Source of the DNA: Candidatus Bathyarchaeota archaeon
Lineage (GTDB): Archaea; Thermoproteota; Bathyarchaeia; TCS64
Direction: 5' to 3'
Length of the DNA stretch: 64,000 nt
Assembly (NCBI GenBank): GCA_043826455.1
Contig: JBDRQD010000055.1
Span: forward strand, 19,380-83,379
Positions 39,218 through 48,554 of the stretch are shown piece by piece. Each line of letters begins with the position of its first letter. The first letter of the stretch is position 1. Position numbers and translations under genes: made by a program. Below the pieces are notes generated by a model, which made no database searches, had not been told where the DNA came from, and saw nothing but the letters and a program-made list of their open reading frames with translations.

Positions 39218-39813
39218 GGGCTCTCAACCCTTTTTCTGAAGTATAGTGTTCTCTGGGCCACCGTCAGGTGAGCCAGCGCAGCCAAGACAGCTACTCCAAC
39301 GTTCAATGCGGGCAGCCACCAGTAGGAGGCCAGGCTCAACGCGGCTAGAAGCAGCATCCGTTCAGCCCTCTCGGCGAGCCCCACTCCCGCCATCTTGACG
39401 CCCTCAGCCTCCGCCCTGCTCCTGCAGTAGCTCACCATGAGGGAGCCCACCAGAGCAGCGAGGCCCACCCAGGCGTCGCAGAGGCCGCCCAGGACCAGGC
39501 CCGAGAAGGCCAGGGCGTCGCTGTACCTGTCGGCAACGGAGTCGAGGAAGCCCCCGAACCTTGACGCGTTTCCGGTGGACCGCGCCAGCACCCCGTCCAC
39601 GGCGTCCAGCAGCCCCGAGAGGAGGAGGGTGGCCGCTGCGGCCACCAGCCGGAGCCTGTCTCCGTCCCAGGTCCAGTAGATCCAGGCCGTGAGGCACGCC
39701 ACAAGGACTCCCAGGGCGGTGACGTGGTTAGGGGTAACCCCTATGCCCGCCAGTGGCTTTACAATGGACTGGGCGATTTCCTCGAACCTTTTCTTAAGGG
39801 CGCTGGATACCAA
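39214..39813 (-). CDS. CDP-alcohol phosphatidyltransferase (archaetidylinositol-phosphate synthase-like)
   Basis: TPN.VT, DAVDG.LAR....S.FGGFLDS..DR..D, SY.R.RAE, ERAER; TTG start inferred. Confidence 0.9.
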   Translation of the reverse strand: MVSSALKKRFEEIAQSIVKPLAGIGVTPNHVTALGVLVACLTAWIYWTWDGDRLRLVAAAATLLLSGLLDAVDGVLARSTGNASRFGGFLDSVADRYSDALAFSGLVLGGLCDAWVGLAALVGSLMVSYCRSRAEAEGVKMAGVGLAERAERMLLLAALSLASYWWLPALNVGVAVLAALAHLTVAQRTLYFRKRVESP

Positions 39814-40046
39814 AGCCGAACAGTATACCGCTGGTTGTGGTTTAAGATTATCCCCGGAGCTGACAAGCGCCTGCATGGGTTGAAGCGTTGGACCTTGAGT
39901 TTCTGATGAGGCTTGCGTCGTCTTCTTCCAATCGCCGTGCGACATGTTCCCTTGCTGCGTATGGTGCTGGTGCGCTCCATAGTCGCCTCGGTTCTGGGAA
40001 AACCTTGTATTCTGGTTGACTTCATCAGTGTTTGGAGTGCACACAC

Positions 40047-40184
40047 ATGAGCTGCCACATCTGCGGTGAACCCGAGGAGATACTGGTGAAGTGCAAGGAA
40101 TGCGGCAAGAACTTCTGCGAGTACTGCGGCGACATGGAGAAGAAGACCTGCTCCAGGTGCCTGAAGAAGCAGAGGAAGCAGTAG
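40047..40184 (+). CDS. 45-aa double zinc-finger microprotein (4x CxxC), absent from the ORF track
   Basis: MSCHICGEPEEILVKCKECGKNFCEYCGDMEKKTCSRCLKKQRKQ; host-like codons; followed by a T-tract. Confidence 0.8.
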   Translation: MSCHICGEPEEILVKCKECGKNFCEYCGDMEKKTCSRCLKKQRKQ

Positions 40185-40194
40185 CTCCAATTTT

Positions 40195-40794
40195 TCATTT
40201 ATTCCCGGTCTTTCTTAGCAGGTTACGGTGGTCATTGAGTTCCATGCCGGCCATGAAGGTGCCCGGTAGGACCACCACGAAGAAGTAGGTGGCCACCAGG
40301 TCAGGGTTCAGGTCGAGGCCGAGGACGACGATGGCTACGGACACCAGCATGAAGGCCGCGTACAGGTTTAGGGTTCTACGGATCACCCGGTGGACCCACT
40401 GGGTCGGGTACAGTTGAGTGAGGGTGTAGGGGTCCAGGGGCACGCCCAGCTCCCGGTAGAGCTGCTCCAGTCGGTCGCCCCAGTAGAGGAACCCGGCCTC
40501 GCCCATTCTGGGTATCTCCTGGGTGAAGGTTATGTTCATGACCGCGCTGTTACCGAAGGTGCTGATGTTGACCTCAACGTTCTTGGGGTTCATGTCTCTG
40601 AGGCCGAGTTGTAGCATGGTGCTATTAGCAGGAAAGTAGGCCTTGATGCTCTTGGGCGGGGTGGACTCCCGTATGGTGCAGGAGCTGTAGCGTAGCCAGG
40701 TCTCCACGGTCACGTGGAGCTCCTCCGGGGTCATCCCTCTTACCACGGCTCTCTGCTGGTATGTGGTCCCTCTAGGCAGCAACCTGTGCTTCAT
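40195..40794 (-). CDS. Hypothetical protein with two C-terminal TM helices
   Basis: Host-like codon usage from the ATG at 40794. Confidence 0.7.
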   Translation of the reverse strand: MKHRLLPRGTTYQQRAVVRGMTPEELHVTVETWLRYSSCTIRESTPPKSIKAYFPANSTMLQLGLRDMNPKNVEVNISTFGNSAVMNITFTQEIPRMGEAGFLYWGDRLEQLYRELGVPLDPYTLTQLYPTQWVHRVIRRTLNLYAAFMLVSVAIVVLGLDLNPDLVATYFFVVVLPGTFMAGMELNDHRNLLRKTGNK

Positions 40795-40934
40795 GTAGTT
40801 TATCCAGAATATAAAAGGGTCTCCGGGGTAGGTTTTGCGCCCCCCGCAGCAATATTGCACGTAACTGTTAAAACAAACCATAAATACGGCTGGTTATGCA
40901 TTATGCGTGTAAGCCGGTTTCGTGTTGACCCACC

Positions 40935-41888
40935 ATGAAGGAAGCCATTGTTGTTGATGACCCCCTAGGCGGGGGCAAGGTAGAGGTACTCAGGTACAGC
41001 GACATGTTCAGCGGTAAGCCCGCGCCGAGGCGCGGCAAGGTCCGGGACGTCTACGATCTGGGGGACCACCTGGTCATCGTCACAAGTGACAGGATATCCG
41101 CCTTCGACGTCGTCTACCCGACCCTCATCCCCCACAAGGGGCCCAGCCTCCACGCCCTCAGCGAGTATTGGTTCAGGGAGACCCGGGACGTGATACCCAA
41201 CCACTACGTGGAGACCCTGGGGCCCAGGGCCATGAGGGTCCGGAAGGCCGTGCGGGTGGACGTGGAGTGGGTGTGTCGCGCTTATCTTTACGGTTCCGCG
41301 TGGAGGGCCTACAGCAAGGGGGCCAGGACCATCAGCGGCGTGGAGCTGCCCGGCGGCCTGGTGATGGCGGAGGAGCTGCCCGAGGTCATCCTGACGCCCA
41401 CCACCAAGGAGGACGCGGGCCACGACAAGGAGATCAGCAGGGCCGAGGCCATAGCTGCAGGCCTGACCACCGGGGACGAGTGGAACGAGCTGGAGGAGGC
41501 CACCTTCAGGCTCTTCAAGCGTTACAGGGAGGTGGCGAAGAAGGCCGGCTTGATCATCCCCGACTTCAAGCTGGAGTTCGGCAGGGTCGGCGGAGAGCTC
41601 ATACAGATAGATGAGCCGCCTACCCATGACAGCGCCCGGTACTGGGCCGAGAAGTTTTACAGGGTGGGGGAGGAGCAGGAGGCTCACTGCCTGGACAAGG
41701 AGTTCCTCCGAAGCTACCTGAAGAACACCGGGTATATGGGGGACGGGCCGCCGCCGGAGATACCTGGGCCCGTGGTCCGTGAGGTGTCCAAGCGGTGCAT
41801 AGCGTCCTATAAGGTGATTAGCGGCCAGGCCAGGCTGGGGGACTTCGACCTGAGGACCGTTGGCCAGGTGATGGAGGAGCTGGGGTGA
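40935..41888 (+). CDS. purC: SAICAR synthetase
   Basis: GKVRDVY, SDRISAFD, TPTTK, DFKLEFG, DS.RYW, DKEFLR. Confidence 0.95.
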   Translation: MKEAIVVDDPLGGGKVEVLRYSDMFSGKPAPRRGKVRDVYDLGDHLVIVTSDRISAFDVVYPTLIPHKGPSLHALSEYWFRETRDVIPNHYVETLGPRAMRVRKAVRVDVEWVCRAYLYGSAWRAYSKGARTISGVELPGGLVMAEELPEVILTPTTKEDAGHDKEISRAEAIAAGLTTGDEWNELEEATFRLFKRYREVAKKAGLIIPDFKLEFGRVGGELIQIDEPPTHDSARYWAEKFYRVGEEQEAHCLDKEFLRSYLKNTGYMGDGPPPEIPGPVVREVSKRCIASYKVISGQARLGDFDLRTVGQVMEELG

Positions 41889-43339
41889 GCCCCAGGGAGA
41901 AGTGCGGCGTATTCGGAGCATACTCACCTGACAAGGATGTGTTTCCCCTCCTGTACTGGGGGATGCTGGCCCAGAACCACAGGGGCCACCACAGCCACGG
42001 TTTCGCCACCTGCGGTGACGGCGTCGAGTCCTACACTAGCCTGGGGCTGATACCCACTGAGAAGGCGCCTGGGGGGGAGAGCCCCGTCCGGGTGCTTGGG
42101 GGCAGGGTGGGGGTAGCCAACGTGAGGTACGCCACCTCCGGGTCCAGCGGCGTGGAGTCCCTGGTTTGTGACGCCATGCCCCTTGTTCTGAGGGGGGAGA
42201 GGCGCTGCGTGGCCATCAGCTTCAACGGCAACATAGTGAACGTGAGGGACCTCCAGGAGAGGGTGGGGGCGGACCGGGGCAGCTCGGACACCCACGCTCT
42301 GGGCATGCTCATGCTTCAGACCCTGGAGCAGGGAGGAGGTATAGGGGACGCGGCCAGGGCATGCATGGAGGGAGTGGACGGTAGCTACAGTATTGTGGGG
42401 GTGACCGAGGACGGGACCCTGTTCGCCTTCAAGGACCCTGTGGGCGTCAAACCTCTGTGCTACGGTGCTAAGGACGGGGTTCACGCCTTCAGCAGCGAGA
42501 GCGTGGGCCTGGACATCAACGGCCTGGAGCATGATCACGAGCTGATCCCGGGGGAGCTTATGACTGTGAAGGATGGGGACGTCACCCGGGAGCAGGTGCT
42601 GCCCTGGAGGAGGCAGGCCTTCTGCGCCTTCGAGTTCGCCTACTTCGCCCGGCCGGACTCCCGGTTCAACGGCAAGTACGTGTACCAGGCCCGGGTGGAC
42701 TTCGGCAAAGCATTGGCCAGGGGCTTCCCAGACAGGGTGAACAGGTGTGATGTCTGTGTGGGTATCCCGGAGACGGCCAACGACGCGGCGTATGGGTTTC
42801 ACTTGGAGTCGGGGCTGCCGTGGGAGCAGGCCGCCAGGAGGCACAGGTTCGTCACCCAGAGAGCCTTCATCTCGGCTGCTGATGAGCGGGCGGATGTGAT
42901 AAGGCGTAAGGTGAACCTGCTAGGGGACATGGTCCGGGGCAAGTACCTGGCCGTGGTGGATGACAGCATTGTGAGGGGGGACACCACCAGGGGTACTGTG
43001 AAGAGGTTCAGAGACGCGGGGGCCAACGAGGTGCACCTGTTCATCACGTATCCCCGGATCACGGGGCCCTGCTTCTATGGTATCGACATGGCCTCCTACT
43101 CGGAGCTCATAGGCGCCCGCATGGGGCCTGAGGAGATTGCGGCTGAGGTGGGGGCAGATAGTGTCAGCTACCTGAGCGTGGAGGATTATGTCAGGAAGAC
43201 GGGGATGCCTAGGAACAAGCTGTGCCTGGGCTGCGTCACGGGGGAGTACCCGACGCCCCTGGCTAACAGGCTGTCCAGGGAGATGAGGGACAGGCTCAGG
43301 AGGGGTAAGTCTGAGAGGGGCCGAATATACGAGTCCTAG
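41885..43339 (+). CDS. purF: Amidophosphoribosyltransferase
   Basis: EKCGVFG N-terminal nucleophile, HRG, RYATSG, YFARPDS, VDDSIVRG.T, PCFYGID. Confidence 0.95.
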   Translation: MSPREKCGVFGAYSPDKDVFPLLYWGMLAQNHRGHHSHGFATCGDGVESYTSLGLIPTEKAPGGESPVRVLGGRVGVANVRYATSGSSGVESLVCDAMPLVLRGERRCVAISFNGNIVNVRDLQERVGADRGSSDTHALGMLMLQTLEQGGGIGDAARACMEGVDGSYSIVGVTEDGTLFAFKDPVGVKPLCYGAKDGVHAFSSESVGLDINGLEHDHELIPGELMTVKDGDVTREQVLPWRRQAFCAFEFAYFARPDSRFNGKYVYQARVDFGKALARGFPDRVNRCDVCVGIPETANDAAYGFHLESGLPWEQAARRHRFVTQRAFISAADERADVIRRKVNLLGDMVRGKYLAVVDDSIVRGDTTRGTVKRFRDAGANEVHLFITYPRITGPCFYGIDMASYSELIGARMGPEEIAAEVGADSVSYLSVEDYVRKTGMPRNKLCLGCVTGEYPTPLANRLSREMRDRLRRGKSERGRIYES

Positions 43340-43490
43340 CGGCCCTGAGTCCTTCAGGTCTCTAGCTTGAGTGCTCCAACTCTTTTACTAAGCTAATCTT
43401 ATTTGGTGCAACATTATGGGCAGCTTCAGTTGTCCACTTGGCTTTTATTGGGTTATCGAGGTGTGTATACGTTAACATCTGTGAACGAGA

Positions 43491-45221
43491 ATGACCAAGA
43501 AGATCAATTCGGACATACTGGTTATCGGAGGCGGGCTCAGTGGCTGCATGGCTGCAATAAACGCCTCGATTCATGGAGCCAGAGTAGCGGTTATGGAGAA
43601 GAGCCACATAGAACGAAGTGGGGCAGCAGGAACAGGTAACGATCACTTCTGGTTCTACGACCCCGAGATACATGAGCCCAGAGGCTGGACCGTCCCAGAC
43701 ATGGTCCGGGACATCAGCACCGACGGCGAATATGGCAAGACCAAGGGAGGCCTCATGGACCAGGAACTCCTTGAGATAGTCGCAAAGGGCACCAAGGAGG
43801 CTGTGGACCGCCTTGAAGGCTGGGGGGTCCAGTTCCGGTACGACAAGGTCTACCCATGGAACCTCAGGTATGATGCTCCTGAGGGCGAGAAGATGTATAG
43901 GATCGTACCCCAGTTTCAGAGCGAGTGGGACACCCTCAACTACGATGGCAGGGACATCAAGAAGCGCCTCGCAGAGCAGTGTCTCAAGCACGGTGTTGAG
44001 GTATACAACAGGGTTGCCGGCACAGGGCTGCTCACCAATAAAGGCAAGGTCGTGGGGGCCACGGGCGTTCACATGAGGACCGGTAAGTTCCACGTCTTCC
44101 AAGCTAAAGCCGTCATAATGGCCACGGGCATGGACCAGTGGAGGCTCTTCAAGCCCAACAGCGGCCACTGGTTCAACAGCCAGAGCCCACCCTACATCAC
44201 GGGCGACGGAGAAGCCATGGCCATTAGGGCAGGGGCGGAGGTGTTTATTTTGCAGGCAGGTAAGTCCCAGCACCATGGGTTCCAGTATTGGAGAAACATC
44301 TGTAGAAGCAGCCCCGCTGCCACTACTTGTTACCCGGCGGGCAGGCTCGTCAACTCTGAACGTGAGGTTATGATTAGGCACCCGGCGGTGCGTGAGCCCA
44401 TGCGCAAGTACAGGCAGAAAGTCGAGGATAGTGTGGCTGAGGGTAAGACTCCTTTCTATCTGGACTGGACGGAGGCCTCCGAGGAGGAAGTAGAGTACGC
44501 TCTCTGGTCCTACGGGAATGAGGGGCTTTGTTGGGGACTCCTAGAGATAATGAAAGACTTAGGCATCGATTTCAGGACTCACATGATCGAGCTTGAGCTT
44601 GAGGAGCCCGGTAGAAACTCGGGCGGGTTCCTTGCTCCCTTCATCGATATCGACTGTAAGACCAGCCTGGAAGGACTCTTCGTTTGTAGTCCTGTCCAGT
44701 TCACGGGTGAGGTGGCGGCTCCAACGTACACTGTTCTTGGTTGGAGGGCGGGCGAGAAAGCGGCGGAGTACATTAAGGCTTGGCTTGAACCAGTCTTGGA
44801 TGATGCGCAGGTAGAGGCTGAGGAAGAGCGGGTATTATATCCGCTCAACGCTGACGAGGGCCATACCTGGCAGGAGGTAAACCTGGAGCTCAACCAGGTG
44901 ATGGAAGAGTACAAGAAATATGTCGCAGGCACCCATCCGCCCGGGAAAAAAGATGTAATTAGCACATCAGGGCTCAGAAACACATTAGAGATGTTGCAGG
45001 AACTTGCTAGTGTCAAGATGAAGGCATCTGATCCACATGAGCTTGTGCGATGCAACGAGGTGATGAACCTCATCGATGTAGGTGTTCTAATGGTTCAGGC
45101 TGCCTTTGAGCCTGACCAGTACAAGCAGGGATGCTGGTTCTTGGGAAGAGTGGAGGGTGGTAGGCCGGTGTTCAGGTCGGTGCCCATTAAGGTAAAGTAT
45201 CCGCCTCGGGAGGTCGCTTAA
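43491..45221 (+). CDS. AprA/SdhA-family FAD-dependent oxidoreductase
   Basis: DILVIGGGLSG, EKSHIERSGA..GNDH, AKAVIMATG, TGDG.AMA.RAGA. Confidence 0.85.
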   Translation: MTKKINSDILVIGGGLSGCMAAINASIHGARVAVMEKSHIERSGAAGTGNDHFWFYDPEIHEPRGWTVPDMVRDISTDGEYGKTKGGLMDQELLEIVAKGTKEAVDRLEGWGVQFRYDKVYPWNLRYDAPEGEKMYRIVPQFQSEWDTLNYDGRDIKKRLAEQCLKHGVEVYNRVAGTGLLTNKGKVVGATGVHMRTGKFHVFQAKAVIMATGMDQWRLFKPNSGHWFNSQSPPYITGDGEAMAIRAGAEVFILQAGKSQHHGFQYWRNICRSSPAATTCYPAGRLVNSEREVMIRHPAVREPMRKYRQKVEDSVAEGKTPFYLDWTEASEEEVEYALWSYGNEGLCWGLLEIMKDLGIDFRTHMIELELEEPGRNSGGFLAPFIDIDCKTSLEGLFVCSPVQFTGEVAAPTYTVLGWRAGEKAAEYIKAWLEPVLDDAQVEAEEERVLYPLNADEGHTWQEVNLELNQVMEEYKKYVAGTHPPGKKDVISTSGLRNTLEMLQELASVKMKASDPHELVRCNEVMNLIDVGVLMVQAAFEPDQYKQGCWFLGRVEGGRPVFRSVPIKVKYPPREVA

Positions 45222-45222
45222 G

Positions 45223-45444
45223 ATGCCACCGGTGTTTAACGAGAACTGCGTCAAGTGCTTCAAGTGCGTCGAGGTGTGCCCAGGGGATGTGTTACGTGAA
45301 GGCCAGGGTGGGCCGGTGTTGTCTTATCCTGATGAGTGCTGGCACTGTGGGGCATGCATGATGGACTGTCTTGTGGAGGCTGTTCGGCTGAGCCTTCCGT
45401 TGTGGATGAGGCCAGTCGCGAAACGCGTGGATAATCATGAATAA
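45223..45444 (+). CDS. AprB-like 2x[4Fe-4S] ferredoxin
   Basis: CVKCFKCVEVCP, YPDECWHCGAC..DC. Confidence 0.88.
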   Translation: MPPVFNENCVKCFKCVEVCPGDVLREGQGGPVLSYPDECWHCGACMMDCLVEAVRLSLPLWMRPVAKRVDNHE

Positions 45445-45523
45445 ATGGTATTGCACACTCGCACTCCTCTAGTATTTTATTTTGGATAATGTCTCGTTGA
45501 AAGGAAACTCGAAGATACGAGTC

Positions 45524-46309
45524 CTAGCTGAGGCGCCTGTGGGTGGTGTATGCGGCTCTGGCTATGCCGTGGGCTAGCTGGAGCCTGTAGACCCAGGACT
45601 CGGGGCTCTCCTCGTAGTATTGTTTGGGGTCTACTTGTCTTCCGTCGGGGAGGGTCATGGTGCTCCTCTTGAGGTGGGTCTCCCACTCCAGGCCCTCCAC
45701 CTCCATGTAGTCTAGCTGGATGCCGTTGTGGTGGAGGATGATGGGCCACTCTGAGTCGGAGTCGAAGAACCTGCCGTGGCTGTGTTGGAGGATGGTCTCG
45801 GCTGCTTTTCTGCTGATGCCTCTTGAGGCTGCGGTGATGTCCATGTCTCTGCCCAGGATGAGGCTGAACACCTTGTTGGCCAGGGCCTCCGTCTCCGCCT
45901 GGTTCCTAGGGTGGGTGTCCATGGCCCGCCTGGTTCTACCTAGGATGAGGAAATCGTGACCAGGTATGGCTGTCGCAACCCTCTTCAGCTCCTCGGGGTA
46001 GCTGCGGGCCCAGTGGAGAGCCCTGTCCATGTCCACCAGGTGGATGAAATCTGAGCCCCGCTCCAGCGATGCTCTCAGGACACGTCGCCGGGAGTCCGTG
46101 ATGTGCTGGACGCCGACCCTGCTCCTGGGATCAACGATGATCCAGCCTTTCTCTTTGAGCGCTTCCACAACCTCTGGCATGGTTCCATCCGTCACCACGA
46201 CCAGGCGGCTGTCGTAGCACTCATCCAGCAGTTTTGCTGTCTCTGAGAGGGGTTGGAGTGTCCAGCCGGTTGAGTCGTGGAGCGTCGTGGCCAGGGATAC
46301 GGAAGGCAT
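45524..46309 (-). CDS. Hypothetical protein, possible GT-A-like fold
   Basis: LATT.HD, DMDR (DxD), GRT.RA..THP..Q..TE, D.EWP. Confidence 0.65.
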   Translation of the reverse strand: MPSVSLATTLHDSTGWTLQPLSETAKLLDECYDSRLVVVTDGTMPEVVEALKEKGWIIVDPRSRVGVQHITDSRRRVLRASLERGSDFIHLVDMDRALHWARSYPEELKRVATAIPGHDFLILGRTRRAMDTHPRNQAETEALANKVFSLILGRDMDITAASRGISRKAAETILQHSHGRFFDSDSEWPIILHHNGIQLDYMEVEGLEWETHLKRSTMTLPDGRQVDPKQYYEESPESWVYRLQLAHGIARAAYTTHRRLS

Positions 46310-46443
46310 GGGCTCAGATATGGTTGAGCCTGATTTATCTCCTATCTTTGGGTATTGCATTTTTAATATGTAAGTGAAGATATAATAACTCGAATTGGAG
46401 CCCTTAAAATATCTTGGAACAATTAAAGGCCAGATTCTAAAGG

Positions 46444-46572
46444 CTATACACGCGCGACTGTTGTCGCATACACTCTTACCCGTACTTCATTGTCCTTGGG
46501 AGTAGGTTTTTCTACCTCTTTGAGCTGAAGCACTTCGGGTGACCCATATTTTTCATATACAATCGCTTTCAT
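46444..46572 (-). pseudogene. Truncated second copy of the MDR/NAD(P)-dependent dehydrogenase N-terminus (42 aa)
   Basis: [39 protein letters not shown] then stop; nearly identical to the N-terminus of 46587-47510. Confidence 0.85.
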
Positions 46573-46586
46573 TTGAGAATCCTTCC

Positions 46587-47510
46587 TTATTGATGCTCCA
46601 AAGTTATGATTACGTTTCCCTTTTTGTGCCCTTTATCGACATACCTGTGAGCCTCAGCAATCTGCTCCAACGGGTAGCGTCTATCTATAACCGATTTTAT
46701 CTTTCCCGCCTCAATGAGCTCTTTGAGGAAAATCAGATCTTCACGTTTGGGTTCAGGGCCTGTAGTTCTAATGTAGGCTCCGTTCGGGGTTAGAGCTTTC
46801 TTGCATTTTGAAGGCGAGCTCTTACTAACCGCGTCAAAGATGAGATCATAAAGCTCTCCTCCTTCCGGAAAGTCCTCTTTGGTGTAATCAATTACCTTGT
46901 CGGCACCAAGAGATTTCACCAATTCAAGGTTCGCGGTACTGCATACACCTGTAACTTCTGCTCCAAAATGCTTGGCTATCTGTACCCCATAGGTTCCTAA
47001 ACTCCCAGAGGCCCCGTTGATGAGGACCTTTTTCCTGCTCTGGATCTTGCCCGTGTCTCTAAGAAAAACTAGTGCTGCAGTTCCCCCAGATGGAACGGGG
47101 GCTGCTTCCTCGTATGTCATGTTTGTTGGTTTTATTGCTATCATTCCGTTTTCAGGTAGACATATGTACTCTGCGTATGCACCGAAACGTAGCCCAGGGT
47201 AGGTAGATGCAAACACTTGGTCACCTACCTTGAATTGTGTTACCTTCTTACCTACTGCTTCAATTTCCCCGGATAACTCCATTCCAAGTATTTTTCGTCT
47301 TGGTTTAAAAACGCCTATAACCATTCTTCCTATGAGTCTTTCCCAGAGAGAACCAGGTACTGTGAAGCTTCGCATTCTCGCATCTCCTCGATGGACTGTT
47401 GTAGCAAATATTTTGATGAGCACTTCATTGTCCTTAGGAGAAGGTTTCTCTACCTCTTTGAGCTGTAGAACCTCCGGTGGCCCGTATTTTTCGTATACGA
47501 CTGCTTTCAT
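46587..47510 (-). CDS. NAD(P)-dependent MDR-family oxidoreductase (quinone-reductase/ADH-like)
   Basis: [37 protein letters not shown]-rich. Confidence 0.92.
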   Translation of the reverse strand: MKAVVYEKYGPPEVLQLKEVEKPSPKDNEVLIKIFATTVHRGDARMRSFTVPGSLWERLIGRMVIGVFKPRRKILGMELSGEIEAVGKKVTQFKVGDQVFASTYPGLRFGAYAEYICLPENGMIAIKPTNMTYEEAAPVPSGGTAALVFLRDTGKIQSRKKVLINGASGSLGTYGVQIAKHFGAEVTGVCSTANLELVKSLGADKVIDYTKEDFPEGGELYDLIFDAVSKSSPSKCKKALTPNGAYIRTTGPEPKREDLIFLKELIEAGKIKSVIDRRYPLEQIAEAHRYVDKGHKKGNVIITLEHQ

Positions 47511-47538
47511 TTGGGCATTATTCCTTATTTTGATGTGC

Positions 47539-48237
47539 TCATTTTACCTCGTTTACTCCTGTTTTAGCAGACTCGGAAGCAATTGCAGATGAATTGAATC
47601 CTTTAACTATCAGCCATACAGCCAGAGCCATTTCTTGCAAGGCTATTGGAGCAGCTAAAATCATAAATTGATCCAAGCCAAAAAACGCTAACAACTCTGC
47701 TGGAATATACACTAATGCTCCAACAAGCCCCCAACCTGATAACCATCGAGGGACTAATTTTGATTTATATAATGCATAATTCAAAACCAGAGCAGATAGG
47801 GCAAAAGCGATTGAGGGCCCAACCCAAAAGGCCCAATCACGTGCTGCCAGCAATAATGTGCCTGAAGCTTGATAATAGGAAGCATCCAGGACTCCTGTTA
47901 CAAATTCCTTACTTAATGTCAATAGTGATAGTTGGCAGACGATGCCAAGAAAAACGAAAACGCCCTCAATGAGCCTTAGACTGAAGAATCCGAGAGCTAA
48001 GGCTTCATTATGCTTTTTCAAGATTGGGAACAGCATAACTGGGATGCCGACACATGTAAGAGCCCAAATACTTTGAACTAGCATTCCTTCCAACACTTGG
48101 CTTTCATTTGCAGCAACACTAACAAGATAATCCGGAGCATCCAGAGATCCTATAAAAAAACCAGATAAAATAGACGATACCGTGCAAGCAATAAACAATA
48201 CTCCCACAATTCTTGCGGTCATTTTGTACGAATTCAT
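47539..48237 (-). CDS. DUF4386-like membrane protein
   Basis: [31 protein letters not shown]-rich. Confidence 0.8.
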   Translation of the reverse strand: MNSYKMTARIVGVLFIACTVSSILSGFFIGSLDAPDYLVSVAANESQVLEGMLVQSIWALTCVGIPVMLFPILKKHNEALALGFFSLRLIEGVFVFLGIVCQLSLLTLSKEFVTGVLDASYYQASGTLLLAARDWAFWVGPSIAFALSALVLNYALYKSKLVPRWLSGWGLVGALVYIPAELLAFFGLDQFMILAAPIALQEMALAVWLIVKGFNSSAIASESAKTGVNEVK

Positions 48238-48554
48238 TTTAAAACGAGGTAACTCCCTTTTTTATGATATATAAATGTTCATGAAGCGCATATTTTTTAT
48301 AACATTATCTTAACTTCTCCGTACTTTTCCATATTTTTATTAAATAGAATTGATCAATAATGACAATAGAAAATCATTATCCGTGTTAAACGGAGCAATG
48401 ACGAATATCTAAAGTGCCTAAATCATAATAGCTCAGCACAAAATTATCTTCAACTGAACCAAGCTCTCCCCTATGTAATATAACCCCAATTATCAAGTGA
48501 AAGCAGGCGTTTTGAGGCAACGTTTTTCTTGTACCCAGCAGCCCTCATCACCTC

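Larger units (their letters stand above)
43327..45528. mobile_element. Two-gene island bounded by a 14-bp direct repeat ATACGAGTCCTAGC (43327-43340, 45515-45528) duplicating the purF 3' end
   Basis: Exact 14-bp match, 18 of 19 with extension (CGAA[T/G]ATACGAGTCCTAGC); the repeat contains both the purF stop and the stop of the convergent gene. Confidence 0.75.

Noticed and set aside
39814..40044. N-terminal extension of the CDP-alcohol phosphatidyltransferase in the ORF track
   Set aside because: No family resemblance; it would consume the divergent promoter space; TTG at 39813 gives a typical ~200-aa protein
43491..45444. Evidence of dissimilatory sulfate reduction (aprAB)
   Set aside because: Motifs diverge from true AprA, and no sat/qmo/dsr genes are present in the window
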